In this document: positions 7,927 through 17,733 of the stretch, piece after piece
Layout of the letters: every line of letters begins with the position of its first letter
Position numbering within the stretch: position 1 is the stretch's first letter
Source: Solibaculum mannosilyticum
GTDB taxonomy: Bacteria; Bacillota; Clostridia; Oscillospirales; Acutalibacteraceae
Length of the DNA stretch: 64,000 bases
Assembly: GCF_015140235.1 (NCBI RefSeq)
Contig: NZ_AP023321.1
Span: 2,421,842-2,485,841, forward strand
Direction of reading: 5' to 3'
Notes under the pieces: model-generated
What the model was told of the DNA's origin: nothing
Seen by the model: only the letters and a program-made list of their open reading frames with translations
Database searches by the model: none
Made by a program: the position numbers and the translations under genes

Positions 7927-10900
7927 TTACGGGGTGTTTGCCTTTTGAATCACAATGCTGTCTTCCACCGTGTAATCCAGCATGGTATTGTCGGCATCAT
8001 AGCCGGTGAAGCTGAAGATGCGGTTTCCTACACTGCCTACCGACAGCGAGACTTCCCATATTCTCTTATCACCTTCGTCGGTATAGCCCAACACCTCATG
8101 GGTGATCCATTTCCCTCTTTCGTTCTTGATCCCCAACTTGGCGATGGAGGTAGATGTTTCCACCTTAGCTGTAAAGGGTTCATTGACCACAGCGGAATCT
8201 ACATCAAAGAACGCCTCATAGATAGCCGGTGTCACCTCAGGATCCACCGGTGTCACGCCGATCGAAACCACCAGATTGGCGTAGGAATCGGTCCACTGGC
8301 CGTTCTGTCGCAGATAAAGGTCAAACGTACGATCTCTGCCGGCAGTGCCCACGGTCATAGTGACAGTCCATTCCTTCATGCCTTCCTTATTCAGACGGGA
8401 GGTGATGTTGCTTAATCCCATGCCCTTGCCGTTTTCATTATAAAGGCCGACACGTTCCACTTCTTTTTGTGTGACAATGGTCATGGTGATGGGTTCCTCC
8501 ACCTCGTATTCGGTCTTATCCGAAGTGATGGTGGCGGTGGGTTCCGGCTCAGGTTCGGTGACGGCTTCGCCGTTGATTCCCTTGACGATGGTATTAAAGC
8601 CTTCCATTTGAAGAATGGCTTCCTGACCATTGGTATCTTCTTCATCAAATTCCACGGTGACGGTCTTGCTCTCGCCGGGCAACAGGGCAAAATAGTTGTC
8701 GCTGTAGTAGGTGGGCAGGACGCGTTCAGCGCTCTTCTTCTGCATCACTTTGAGCCGGGTCATGACGGCCACCGAATCGGTATCGTTTTTCAAAGTGACG
8801 ATCATGGTGGTATGTCCATCCACCGTCTCTTCACTGAAGTCGCTGGCGGTCAATTCCACTTCGGGAATCTCCTGCATGGCGGTATAGTTGGTGGAACCAT
8901 CCTTGTTTCTCCAATAGAAGTTCTCGGAAAGGAGATTGCCGTCGATATCGCGCAAAGTCAGCTTGATGAAGCTTACGTCGGTGATTCCGGCAAAGGCGGC
9001 GTCTTCTAAGGTATCAGTCAGATCAAACGCCAAGGTATCATCGTTGGCAGCTGCCGCCAATGTGGCGTGGATGTCGGCCTTCTGGACGCCGTTCATATCG
9101 TAGATGTAAGCGCTGGCCACCACCGGATTCAGGACGTCGGTGGTATTGTTGATGATCTTGACCTCATTGTCCAAAGCGCTCCACTGGATGTGGATGGGCT
9201 CGCTGCCTACCTTACAGCCGAAGTAAGCGCCGTTGACGTCAAAGGAGCTGTCGTAGGTCTGCCACACGGTGGACGGCCATGCCGACTGGCTCATCCACAA
9301 AAGCAGGCCGCTGGAATTTTCCCACATCTCCTGGTTCCAAGCCTCAAACATGGCCTTGTTGGTCTCCAGGTTGAGCATCTGGGCCAGTGTACAGAATTCT
9401 TCCACATTCTGAGCCACGCCATAGCGTTTGTCGATCTCGTCCAGATACTTCTCGGCGCCCTTGTTGCCGATGTCCGACGAACCGCCCAGGTCGTGGTACT
9501 GCCACATATCGTTGATCTTCTTGCCCCAGGATCCGTCGGGATCGCGGACCGGCCACAGATCCTCTTCGTCCATCATGGACTCCATAGTCTCCACATTGGG
9601 AACCACAGGGGTGCCGATCTCGGTGACAAATCCCAGGGACTGCTTGGCCTGCTCAAAGTACCAAGAGGGATCCATGACGGCATAGGTGATGCCCCCGCTC
9701 ATTTCGCTGTCGATTTCAATTTCGCCGTTTGTGATGGCTTTGTTGGAACGCTGGATGTACATCCGGGAATCGTCCATCTTTTCAGCCAGCTCGGGAAGCA
9801 GCACCTCCAACGGCCAAGGCGGAGTGGCTTCGTTCTCGCCGCACCACAAGGCGATGCAGGCCCGGTTGCGCAGACGTTCAAATTTAATCTCGGCGTTATC
9901 CAGGAAGGAGCCGCAATCCTTGGGGGTCAGGAAGCCGTTGAGCCAGAAATCCTCATATACCATGATGCCATATTTATCACAGGCATCGTAGAAGGCTTCA
10001 AAATCAGAGGTGCCGTGCCAGGTGCGGATCATGTTGAAGTTCATGTCCTTATGCATCTTGACGGCAGTATCGTAATCCTCATCGTCCCAGCTGAGCATGG
10101 CGTCGGGCATACCCCAGTTGCCGCCCTTGCACAGAATCCGCACGCCGTTGCAGGAAATCTGCATATCATACGGTTCTTCTCCCTCTTCTACTTCGGTGGT
10201 CAGGGCGTAATCGTAAGAATACTCCCGGATACCAAAGTTGAAGTTCTGGACATCGGATACTTTCCCGTCGATCTCAAAGGAAAGATTCATATTGTAAAGG
10301 TTCTGATCGCCGTAGCCGTTGGGCCACCACAGCAGCGGATCCTCCACATGCAGCTGAGGGAAGTCCTCCTGATCTACCGTTACGGCGGAGGTGGTATAGG
10401 CAGGGATGGTGATCTCCTTCTCAAAGGTGATGGGAGCGGCGTCATCCACGCCCACGGGCTGAATCACGCCCTTGAGAGTACCGGTGATATCCTTGGAGCT
10501 GTCGTTGACAAGGTCGGTGCTGACGCGGATATCGGCCGAATCGGTATCGGGCAACGGTAAATCTGTCACGACGAAGGGAGCGTCCACCGACACCTCCTTC
10601 TTGGTGCTCAGATAAACATCCTTATAAATGCCGATGTTGCGTCCCGGAATGGGAGGCATCCAGTCCCAGCCGCCGCTACAGATGAAGTTGGGCGTCCAAT
10701 CGGTCTCCTGGGTTGCGGTGGGATAAATGTGGACGTTGACGGCGATGGTATTCGTCTCGCCGGGGATCAAATACTGGGATACATCGAATTCACCCTGGTC
10801 AAAGGCACCCCGCATGATGCCCACCTTTTGGCCGTTGATGAAGATATCCGACTGCCAGTTGATGGCGTCGAAGTTTAACAGCATGCGCTGTCCAGCGTAG

Positions 10901-12192
10901 TCGGCCGGAATCTCTACATCTTTGCGGTACCAGTAATCCACGTTGTAGTAGTCCTGATCCAGCTGATCCATGTTATCGGAATAATAGGGGTCGTCGATGA
11001 GACCGGCCTCGTAATAGCTGGTGAGTACCGTGCCGGGGACTGTGGCGGGAATCCAACTGGAGTCGTCAAAGCCCACGCTGGAGATCTCCTGAGCCGTGGC
11101 GGTGACGTCGGGCGCGCGGGCCAAGGTCCAGCCATCGTTGAGGCTCATGTCCTCCTTGATGGTATCGTCGTTAACGGCTACCTCCTCTTCGGTGGGGTTG
11201 CCGTACACTTCAATCTCATTGATGGCATAGCTGTCGCCGTTGCCCGCAGTGGGAACCACGCGGATGTAACGTGCGCTCTGCTGGGCCACATATACATTTT
11301 CCTCGTTGTTCACTGCATAATGGGTGTTCTCCAAGGGAGCGATATTGACAATCTCACGTCCGCCCTGGCCGCGGTCGGTGGTATAGACCTGTTTCCAAGA
11401 GGCATTGTCGTCCGAAATGTAAACAGCATAGCTGGATGCGTAATTTTCGCCCCAGTCCAGAATCACGCTGCCTACTGTGCGTTCATCCCCCAAGTCCACA
11501 GTGGCCGACTGTCCAGTCTTTTCTGCCGATGTCCAAGCGGTGGAGGTATCTCCATCGGTCAGGTTCCCGGCCTGTTCCTCATTGGAGGAAACCTCAGCCT
11601 TTGTGCCCTGGGCGCTGTTTTTAGGACCGTATACTTCAAATTCATAGAGGGAATAACCGTAGAAAGTACCTCTGGCGGTGCCGATCATCCGGACATACCG
11701 CGCCTTTTGCGGGGCAAAGAAAATATCGTCGATGCCGCCGTCGCCCTTAAAGGTGTTGTAGACGGTGGTCCAGTCCTCCCCGTCCTGCGAGACCTGGATA
11801 CGGTAGACATTGCTGTAGGCCGTCTCCCAGCTCAACGTGACGCGGCTGACCGTTTCCAGCTGGCCCAAGTCCACCTGGAACCACTGGGGATCGTTCCCTT
11901 TTTTATCCTCTGTGCCGGGATAGGGATTCCATTCGGCTGATGCCCAACGGGTACCGTTGTCTCCATCTACGGCCAGTGGGGCGTCGTGCTCAGCTTTCTC
12001 TACTGTGGATGCCAGCACATCCTTATGCAGGGCCAGATTCTCCCCCTTATCCTCTGTCTCCGCCGCTGATACGGCTCCAATCGAGCCTATCAACGCACTG
12101 GCTGCCATCACTGCCGACAAAAGCACTGCTAAGCCCCTTGTTTGAAAGCTGCGTTTTTGCCCTGTTTTGCCTAGTTTCATCCCATTTACCAT
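7927..12192 (-). CDS. Secreted 1421-aa glycoside hydrolase family 2 enzyme (beta-mannosidase / exo-beta-glucosaminidase-like): two N-terminal CBM32 (F5/8 type C) modules, GH2 core, Ig-like domains and a C-terminal twin domain of unknown function
   Basis: Signal peptide; two discoidin-like modules (DGDxxTRWAS..YVR); GH2 sugar-binding and TIM-barrel regions with WCGENE acid/base motif; no LPXTG, SLH or CWB anchor. Confidence 0.9.
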   Translation of the reverse strand: MVNGMKLGKTGQKRSFQTRGLAVLLSAVMAASALIGSIGAVSAAETEDKGENLALHKDVLASTVEKAEHDAPLAVDGDNGTRWASAEWNPYPGTEDKKGNDPQWFQVDLGQLETVSRVTLSWETAYSNVYRIQVSQDGEDWTTVYNTFKGDGGIDDIFFAPQKARYVRMIGTARGTFYGYSLYEFEVYGPKNSAQGTKAEVSSNEEQAGNLTDGDTSTAWTSAEKTGQSATVDLGDERTVGSVILDWGENYASSYAVYISDDNASWKQVYTTDRGQGGREIVNIAPLENTHYAVNNEENVYVAQQSARYIRVVPTAGNGDSYAINEIEVYGNPTEEEVAVNDDTIKEDMSLNDGWTLARAPDVTATAQEISSVGFDDSSWIPATVPGTVLTSYYEAGLIDDPYYSDNMDQLDQDYYNVDYWYRKDVEIPADYAGQRMLLNFDAINWQSDIFINGQKVGIMRGAFDQGEFDVSQYLIPGETNTIAVNVHIYPTATQETDWTPNFICSGGWDWMPPIPGRNIGIYKDVYLSTKKEVSVDAPFVVTDLPLPDTDSADIRVSTDLVNDSSKDITGTLKGVIQPVGVDDAAPITFEKEITIPAYTTSAVTVDQEDFPQLHVEDPLLWWPNGYGDQNLYNMNLSFEIDGKVSDVQNFNFGIREYSYDYALTTEVEEGEEPYDMQISCNGVRILCKGGNWGMPDAMLSWDDEDYDTAVKMHKDMNFNMIRTWHGTSDFEAFYDACDKYGIMVYEDFWLNGFLTPKDCGSFLDNAEIKFERLRNRACIALWCGENEATPPWPLEVLLPELAEKMDDSRMYIQRSNKAITNGEIEIDSEMSGGITYAVMDPSWYFEQAKQSLGFVTEIGTPVVPNVETMESMMDEEDLWPVRDPDGSWGKKINDMWQYHDLGGSSDIGNKGAEKYLDEIDKRYGVAQNVEEFCTLAQMLNLETNKAMFEAWNQEMWENSSGLLLWMSQSAWPSTVWQTYDSSFDVNGAYFGCKVGSEPIHIQWSALDNEVKIINNTTDVLNPVVASAYIYDMNGVQKADIHATLAAAANDDTLAFDLTDTLEDAAFAGITDVSFIKLTLRDIDGNLLSENFYWRNKDGSTNYTAMQEIPEVELTASDFSEETVDGHTTMIVTLKNDTDSVAVMTRLKVMQKKSAERVLPTYYSDNYFALLPGESKTVTVEFDEEDTNGQEAILQMEGFNTIVKGINGEAVTEPEPEPTATITSDKTEYEVEEPITMTIVTQKEVERVGLYNENGKGMGLSNITSRLNKEGMKEWTVTMTVGTAGRDRTFDLYLRQNGQWTDSYANLVVSIGVTPVDPEVTPAIYEAFFDVDSAVVNEPFTAKVETSTSIAKLGIKNERGKWITHEVLGYTDEGDKRIWEVSLSVGSVGNRIFSFTGYDADNTMLDYTVEDSIVIQKANTP

Positions 12193-12506
12193 CCTTTCTT
12201 TATGAAATAATCCCTAAATTTTATCGTCTTAGAATCTATTTAAGATTATCACCAATGGTATTAATTGTCAATCAATCCCGTTATAAAATTATAATTTTAT
12301 ATAAATTATATAACTCTCATCATTCTTTTTTCTCCGTCTGTATGGTAAATTTTGGACATGGAAAAATTTTCCTCCTTAAAAAACTCTAAGATGTGACACC
12401 TTTTTTCCGGTTTTGTGCTATGATGGGAACAGTGTAAAACAAGTAAGCCGCCTTCCCCCTCCTCGCGGACGGCGGATAAGCGGCTCTTTCTTTTTTATTC
12501 CACATT

Positions 12507-12977
12507 TTACGGCAGGGTAAAACCGTGCATGAATCCGTCCAAGGCCACACTGGATACATCTCCGCCCACCACTTTATTGTCGCATACCAGGAGATTCACC
12601 CGTACTTCTCCGTCGTATCCGGGATAGTTGGTGATTTGATAACACCATCGTTTGACCCGTTTGCCTTGGTATCGGCTCAGGTCAAATCCCTGCTTCTTCT
12701 GGATGGAGTTGTAGGTTTCATACACCTCGTTAAACTGGGCGGGAATGGCCACTTCCGCCACCTCTACTGGATCTTCCTCCACCTCCCAGCCATACTGGGC
12801 GATGAACTGGATGCGTTCCTGGGCGTTGGCAGCCGAAAAATTCTGCGTACCGGCGGCGGCACTGGCTGCCGTATTCCCTCCCGAAAAGAGAAGAACCCCC
12901 AGCAGAATCGCCACCCCTACCGCCACGGCTGCAAATCCTGCGATGCGCCTAAAATTTCTTTTGATGGAAACAATCAT
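12507..12977 (-). CDS. DUF4830 domain protein, membrane-anchored
   Basis: N-terminal TM helix plus IQFIAQYGWEVEEDP-type DUF4830 core (a family common in sporulating Clostridia). Confidence 0.55.
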   Translation of the reverse strand: MIVSIKRNFRRIAGFAAVAVGVAILLGVLLFSGGNTAASAAAGTQNFSAANAQERIQFIAQYGWEVEEDPVEVAEVAIPAQFNEVYETYNSIQKKQGFDLSRYQGKRVKRWCYQITNYPGYDGEVRVNLLVCDNKVVGGDVSSVALDGFMHGFTLP

Positions 12978-13143
12978 AAGCTCTCCTATCCTCCCTTCAC
13001 CTTGCTTATTCTATCTATATGGGAGGGAAGAAAGCGATATGCGGTGAAATATAAAGCTGTCCTTCTGCATAGTTATGAAAGGACAGGTAGAGTTACCGTT
13101 TTCTCAAGGTTTGTCTGAAACTGTAAAAAGGGGATAACATTGG

Positions 13144-13773
13144 ATGAACACCTTTTCCCATATCACCATCGGCAATACTGTCCGGGACGCTATGTACAAG
13201 GAAACGGGCATCTTACTCCCGGTATCCTTTGTATGGGCGTGCTGCAAGCCGGACTTCACGCTGGATATGATCCGCTATCCACATCACTTCTCGGAGGAGA
13301 AAACACTTCGGCACGTCCAGGAGGAGATCCGCACATTGTGCCGTCCCGGGATTTTGCATGAGATATCTTGGCACGAATTTTCCGTCCGCCTGGGGATGGT
13401 ATGCCATTATCTATGCGACTTTTTCTGCTTTGTCCACAACGATTCATTCGACGGTTCTTTTAAGGAACACTTCCTCTATGAATGGCGTTTGGATGCCTAC
13501 TGCCGCGACCGTCGGCACATCCTCAAAGGCATCGATTACCACTACGGCGCTCCGGATATCAACGATGTGGATCAACTGCTGGAGCATATTGAGCGGTCCC
13601 ACGGGCAGTATCTAGGTCTGCATCCCAGCTGGGGAATCGATCTGATCTGCTCGGTTCAGATTTGTACCGAACTCTCCCGGATGGTTTTGCAGCGGGCAGC
13701 GGAAACCTGTCGCCTTCCCAAAAGAAAAAGAAGACGTATCCCCAGGCGTCTGGTTAGCAGTATATCTCAATAA
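13144..13773 (+). CDS. Putative zinc-dependent phospholipase C-like family protein (small His-rich protein); family assignment tentative
   Basis: 209 aa with an N-terminal xTFSHxxIG and several His/Cys clusters resembling the PLC zinc-binding fold; basic C-terminal tail. Confidence 0.5.
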   Translation: MNTFSHITIGNTVRDAMYKETGILLPVSFVWACCKPDFTLDMIRYPHHFSEEKTLRHVQEEIRTLCRPGILHEISWHEFSVRLGMVCHYLCDFFCFVHNDSFDGSFKEHFLYEWRLDAYCRDRRHILKGIDYHYGAPDINDVDQLLEHIERSHGQYLGLHPSWGIDLICSVQICTELSRMVLQRAAETCRLPKRKRRRIPRRLVSSISQ

Positions 13774-13794
13774 ATGAATTCTAATAAAATAGAT

Positions 13795-13840
13795 AACAAG
13801 ACCGTCGGCTCATTTATTAGGCCGACGGTCTTGTTCGTTA
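13795..13840. terminator. Bidirectional rho-independent terminator
   Basis: Perfect inverted repeat aacaagaccgtcggc / gccgacggtcttgtt flanked by an A-rich run on one side and a T-rich run on the other, between two convergent genes. Confidence 0.75.
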
Positions 13841-13851
13841 TAATATAAGGT

Positions 13852-15891
13852 CTAACGCACCACGACATAATCGGCGCTGACGTAACCAGTCAAGCCATCG
13901 GGCAATTCCACCCGGTACCAGCCGGTGCCGGTATCCTCCAGGATGGTGACGGTTTGCCCTTGCTTTAAATAGCCTAGGGTTTTGCTGTCGGTGGTAGCTG
14001 ACTGTCTCACGCGCAGGGATGTGGCAGTCACTTGGCCTGTCTGGGTGAACGTCACATAGTCGGCGCTGACATATCCCTTTACGCCGCTTGTCAATTCCAC
14101 TTGGAACCACCCGTTTTCCGCCTCCCCATACACGGTTACGGCATCGCCCCGGTTTACGTGTTCCAGAATGGCACTCTCAGTGGTAGCCGATTCCCGCACC
14201 CGTACCCGGTCTCCAGTGATATATCCCGTCCGGGTCACTACCGGCTCGGTAAAGCTGATATAGTCCCCACTGACATATCCCTTTACCCCTCCTGCCAGTT
14301 CCACGTGGAACCATCCATTCTGCTCTTTTCCATGCACGGTCACGGTGTCGCCTCGGTTTACGTGTTCCAGAATGGCACTCTCAGTAGTAGCCGATTCCCG
14401 CACCCGTACCCGGTCCCCGGTGATATATCCCGTCCGGGTCTCCACAGCTGCGGGCGGCTGGATTTCAATATAAAGGGCGCTGACAAAACCCAATCTTCCG
14501 TCGGCCAGACGCACCTGGTACCATCCGCTTTGCGTCCCCACGATGGTGACAATATCCCCTTGCTGGAATCCGTCGATGACGGCGCTGTCGGTAGTAGGCT
14601 CCTCCCGGACGCGCAAGGAGGTGGCCGTCACACGTCCAAACAGGACGGTATCCCCCTCTACCCCCTCGTCGGAGTACTCCAGCCACGAAGAGAGATTCCC
14701 CAGCACGTTGTCGGTGGCCTGACCCAACGCCCACGATCCCAATCCCTTGAGATCGTACTTGTGTACCAGCTCCGTTTTTTCCTCCAATGACCGTTCATCC
14801 TCGTACCAGATGGTATAATTCCCCGGCGTCAGGCGTTTGCCGTTGATGGTGATGGTCTTATCCCCCTCCCGGACGGTGAATTCCGCCTTGGGAGACTGAG
14901 TTGTCTCGTCGTAGGTCACTTTGGCGTTAAAGTCCCGGACGATGCTTTCTACCGTATTAATGCCTACGCCGTTGCCGTTAAACGCGCCGTCCTGGCTCCA
15001 GATACGCCCGAAAAAGGGAACTCCCACCACAATCTTTTCAGCCGGCACCCGTTCCAGAGCATACTGAATGGACCGGTCCACAAACCCAATGCTGGCCACG
15101 GGGCCTGCTTCGCTCCCCTGCCAATGCTCATCGTAGGCCATAATCATCAGGTAGTCGGCGTGCCTGCCCAGGGCCTCATAATCGTAGGACCCGTGCCATC
15201 CGGTGTTCCATCCGTTGGGATTGGCCGCCACGGCCACCGATACCTCCTTATCCTGCGGGATAAGCTCACGCAGCCGGGCCACCAGACGGGTATAGGCATC
15301 CCGCTCGTTGTGGGTGACGTTCTCAATGTCCACATTGACGCCGTCCAAATTGTACTGCTCTACATAACCGGCGATCTGGCTCGCAAGGCCTTCCGGATCC
15401 TTAAGGGCCAATTGTCCCCCGCGGCGGTCCCAATGGTTGCTGAGCATGGGCACCACCTTAACACCCATGCTGTGCATCTCCTCGATCAGCTGAGTGCTTA
15501 CATTGTTCAGCACCAGCTTGCCTGCCGAATCGATGTCAAAATAGCTGGGGGAGACGGTGTTGAAGGATCCCACCTTTTTGACCTGTTCGATCTGCTGGCT
15601 GACGGAACCACCGTACAGGTAGGTCATATTGAATTTAGAGCCGGCCGCCTCTGCTGGAAAAAACATGCCGAAGGGCACCGATGCCACCATGACCCCCGCC
15701 ACCAGCAATTTGACGCTTTTGATGCGGATATCCTTGGACTTCTCCCGGATAAAACGGGACAGATCCTGATAGGGCTTTTTGGCCTTCAGGTTGGAGAGGA
15801 TATCCAATCCAAATTCCGCATGATAGCGGTCTACCGAGATGATGAGATCATAACTGTGATCCTGGTTCTCCGCCAGACGATAATGATACAT
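13852..15891 (-). CDS. GH18 glycoside hydrolase (YaaH/YdhD-like spore peptidoglycan hydrolase type) with N-terminal signal anchor and four C-terminal SH3b domains
   Basis: GH18 motif DGVNVDIEN; four SH3_3 repeats (GYITGDRVRVRESATTESAILEHVNRGD...). Start set at MYHYRL with RBS; the longest ORF extends to 16176 but that extension has non-coding character (low GC, W-rich). Confidence 0.8.
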   Translation of the reverse strand: MYHYRLAENQDHSYDLIISVDRYHAEFGLDILSNLKAKKPYQDLSRFIREKSKDIRIKSVKLLVAGVMVASVPFGMFFPAEAAGSKFNMTYLYGGSVSQQIEQVKKVGSFNTVSPSYFDIDSAGKLVLNNVSTQLIEEMHSMGVKVVPMLSNHWDRRGGQLALKDPEGLASQIAGYVEQYNLDGVNVDIENVTHNERDAYTRLVARLRELIPQDKEVSVAVAANPNGWNTGWHGSYDYEALGRHADYLMIMAYDEHWQGSEAGPVASIGFVDRSIQYALERVPAEKIVVGVPFFGRIWSQDGAFNGNGVGINTVESIVRDFNAKVTYDETTQSPKAEFTVREGDKTITINGKRLTPGNYTIWYEDERSLEEKTELVHKYDLKGLGSWALGQATDNVLGNLSSWLEYSDEGVEGDTVLFGRVTATSLRVREEPTTDSAVIDGFQQGDIVTIVGTQSGWYQVRLADGRLGFVSALYIEIQPPAAVETRTGYITGDRVRVRESATTESAILEHVNRGDTVTVHGKEQNGWFHVELAGGVKGYVSGDYISFTEPVVTRTGYITGDRVRVRESATTESAILEHVNRGDAVTVYGEAENGWFQVELTSGVKGYVSADYVTFTQTGQVTATSLRVRQSATTDSKTLGYLKQGQTVTILEDTGTGWYRVELPDGLTGYVSADYVVVR
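14100..14460. repeat. Near-identical 210-bp tandem duplication inside the GH18 gene (two SH3b domains)
   Basis: ttccagaatggcactctcagtggtagccgattcccgcacccgtacccggtc recurs with about 95% identity one period downstream. Confidence 0.8.
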
Positions 15892-15989
15892 GGTTCCACC
15901 ATTCCTTTTGTTGCATATTTGGCTGTTTTTTCGTTCTGGATACAGTCCATCGTACGCTTTAGTATATCCAAATCGTGGGCGGAAATGAT

Positions 15990-16017
15990 AGAAAAAAAGG
16001 GCAGTTTCCGTCTGCCA
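15990..16017 (-). terminator. Leader terminator/attenuator hairpin upstream of the GH18 gene (putative riboswitch expression platform)
   Basis: On the minus strand: ggcagacggaaactgcc followed by cttttttt, located about 100 nt upstream of the GH18 start inside a 560-bp low-GC leader. Confidence 0.4.
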
Positions 16018-16354
16018 AAAATTGCACAATGGGTTTGTCATTTCTCTGTAACCTCTTCGGATTGTCCTCCATTCCCCATCAGCGGAATGCACAAGTTCAT
16101 TTCTCGCTTTTCTTTCATTTTGCTTTCCAGTCCCTACGGATTCAAAATATTTCCAAATCTTTTTGTCCAATATCACAATTTTTCTGCTTTTTAAAATTTT
16201 GTATATTCATCCAGTTTTGGGATTATCATACTAATATCCCAGATAAACCCCAATTTTATTTTCCTTAATTTGGATTATAACCCATTAAAAGGCTCTCATC
16301 ACAAAATTTTTTCTGCGTTTTGTAACTTTTTTGAAACTTTTGTGGTTTATAGCC

Positions 16355-16383
16355 TTGCAATAGACAAATGTTTTGTGTAGAAT
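16355..16383 (+). promoter_or_regulatory. Sigma-A-type promoter for the PucR-family regulator gene
   Basis: TTGCAA, 17-nt spacer, TAGAAT, about 70 nt upstream of the ATG. Confidence 0.45.
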
Positions 16384-16452
16384 AGATGCATTAATAGCTT
16401 TTCTGACAAACAATGAGTCGCTTGGCGAATTTTAGAAAAGAGGGGATTTTCC

Positions 16453-17538
16453 ATGTCGAATAGACTGTTCCAAGGTGTCGTCCATCAGATGCGCAACGCT
16501 ATTGACCGCGCCATTGGTGTTATTGATGAATCTTCGGTCATTATCGCGTGCAGCGAGCTGGGCAAAATCGGCGAAAGCAACGAAAAGTTTTCCCCCGACG
16601 CCCTTTCCGGCGCCGATCTGCTATTGAGCGATGGCTATACCTATAAAGCGTTTAGCGATGTGGGAAAATCAGACTACGCCGTCTTTGTGGAAGGTACCGA
16701 CGAGCTTGCCGGCCGTTACGCCTCCATCCTCAGCGTGGCGCTCAACAACATCAAACAGTATTACGACGAAAAGTACGACCGCAGCAACTTCATTAAAAAC
16801 GTCATTTTGGATAACATCCTTCCTGGCGATATTTATCTGAAGGCCCGTGAACTCCGCTTTAACGCCGAAGTTACCCGGGTGGTGCTGCTCATCCGCATCA
16901 TCAACCAGACCGATATCTCGGCTTACGACGTCATCCAGAACCTGTTCCCGGACAAGTCCAAGGATTTTGTCATCAACATCAGTGAAAATGACATTGCCCT
17001 CATCAAGGAGATCTCTCCCGGCATCGAAACCAAGGATCTGGAAAAGCTGGCCCGCTCCATTGTGGACACACTGAGCGGCGAGTTCTACACCCAGTCGGTT
17101 GTGGGAATCGGCACCAGCGTCACCGGCATCAAGGAGCTGGCCCGTTCCTTTAAGGAGGCCCAGGTCGCCTTGGAAGTGGGCAAGGTATTCGACACAGAAA
17201 AAACCATTGTCAGCTACGATAATCTGGGCATTGCCCGCCTCATTTATCAGCTGCCCACCACATTGTGTGAAATGTTCCTGAGGGAAGTCTTTAAGAAGGG
17301 TTCCATTGAGTCCCTGGACCAGGAAACCCTCTTTACCATCCAGCGTTTCTTCGAGAATAATCTTAACGTCTCGGAGACTTCGCGCAAATTATTTGTCCAC
17401 CGCAATACTCTGGTCTATCGTCTGGAGAAGATCAAAAAACTCACCGGCTTGGATCTGCGGGAATTCGACCATGCCATTGTATTCAAGGTGGCGCTGATGG
17501 TTAAAAAATACCTGACTGCCAATCCGATTAAGTATTAA
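16453..17538 (+). CDS. PucR/CdaR-family transcriptional regulator (C-terminal PucR-type HTH)
   Basis: 361 aa; C-terminal ETSRKLFVHRNTLVYRLEKIKKLTGLDL HTH typical of PucR/CdaR sugar-diacid regulators. Confidence 0.8.
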   Translation: MSNRLFQGVVHQMRNAIDRAIGVIDESSVIIACSELGKIGESNEKFSPDALSGADLLLSDGYTYKAFSDVGKSDYAVFVEGTDELAGRYASILSVALNNIKQYYDEKYDRSNFIKNVILDNILPGDIYLKARELRFNAEVTRVVLLIRIINQTDISAYDVIQNLFPDKSKDFVINISENDIALIKEISPGIETKDLEKLARSIVDTLSGEFYTQSVVGIGTSVTGIKELARSFKEAQVALEVGKVFDTEKTIVSYDNLGIARLIYQLPTTLCEMFLREVFKKGSIESLDQETLFTIQRFFENNLNVSETSRKLFVHRNTLVYRLEKIKKLTGLDLREFDHAIVFKVALMVKKYLTANPIKY

Positions 17539-17556
17539 AATCTAACCACTTGCGGC

Positions 17557-17596
17557 GGCGCCCGATTGCGGTTTCTTTGTCGGGCGCTTTGGTTTT
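17557..17596 (+). terminator. Rho-independent terminator
   Basis: ggcgcccga-ttgcggtttctttg-tcgggcgc followed by tttggtttt. Confidence 0.5.
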
Positions 17597-17733
17597 GGCT
17601 GCTGCAGTTTTCCAGCGGTTGTTTGAGGTAGCGTGTGGAAACCCGACTGAAGGTTGCAAAGATAATGATCACGGAGGCTTGTTTTAAAAGCCCGTGATTC
17701 TATCCCTTTGTGAAACGAATAGCGAGGTAATCC

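Noticed and set aside
13852-16176. Full-length 774-aa version of the GH18 ORF
   Set aside because: The N-terminal 95 codons lie in low-GC sequence with a Trp/Phe-rich improbable composition. They also precede an internal Met that has its own RBS and is followed by a signal anchor. They are treated here as non-coding leader.
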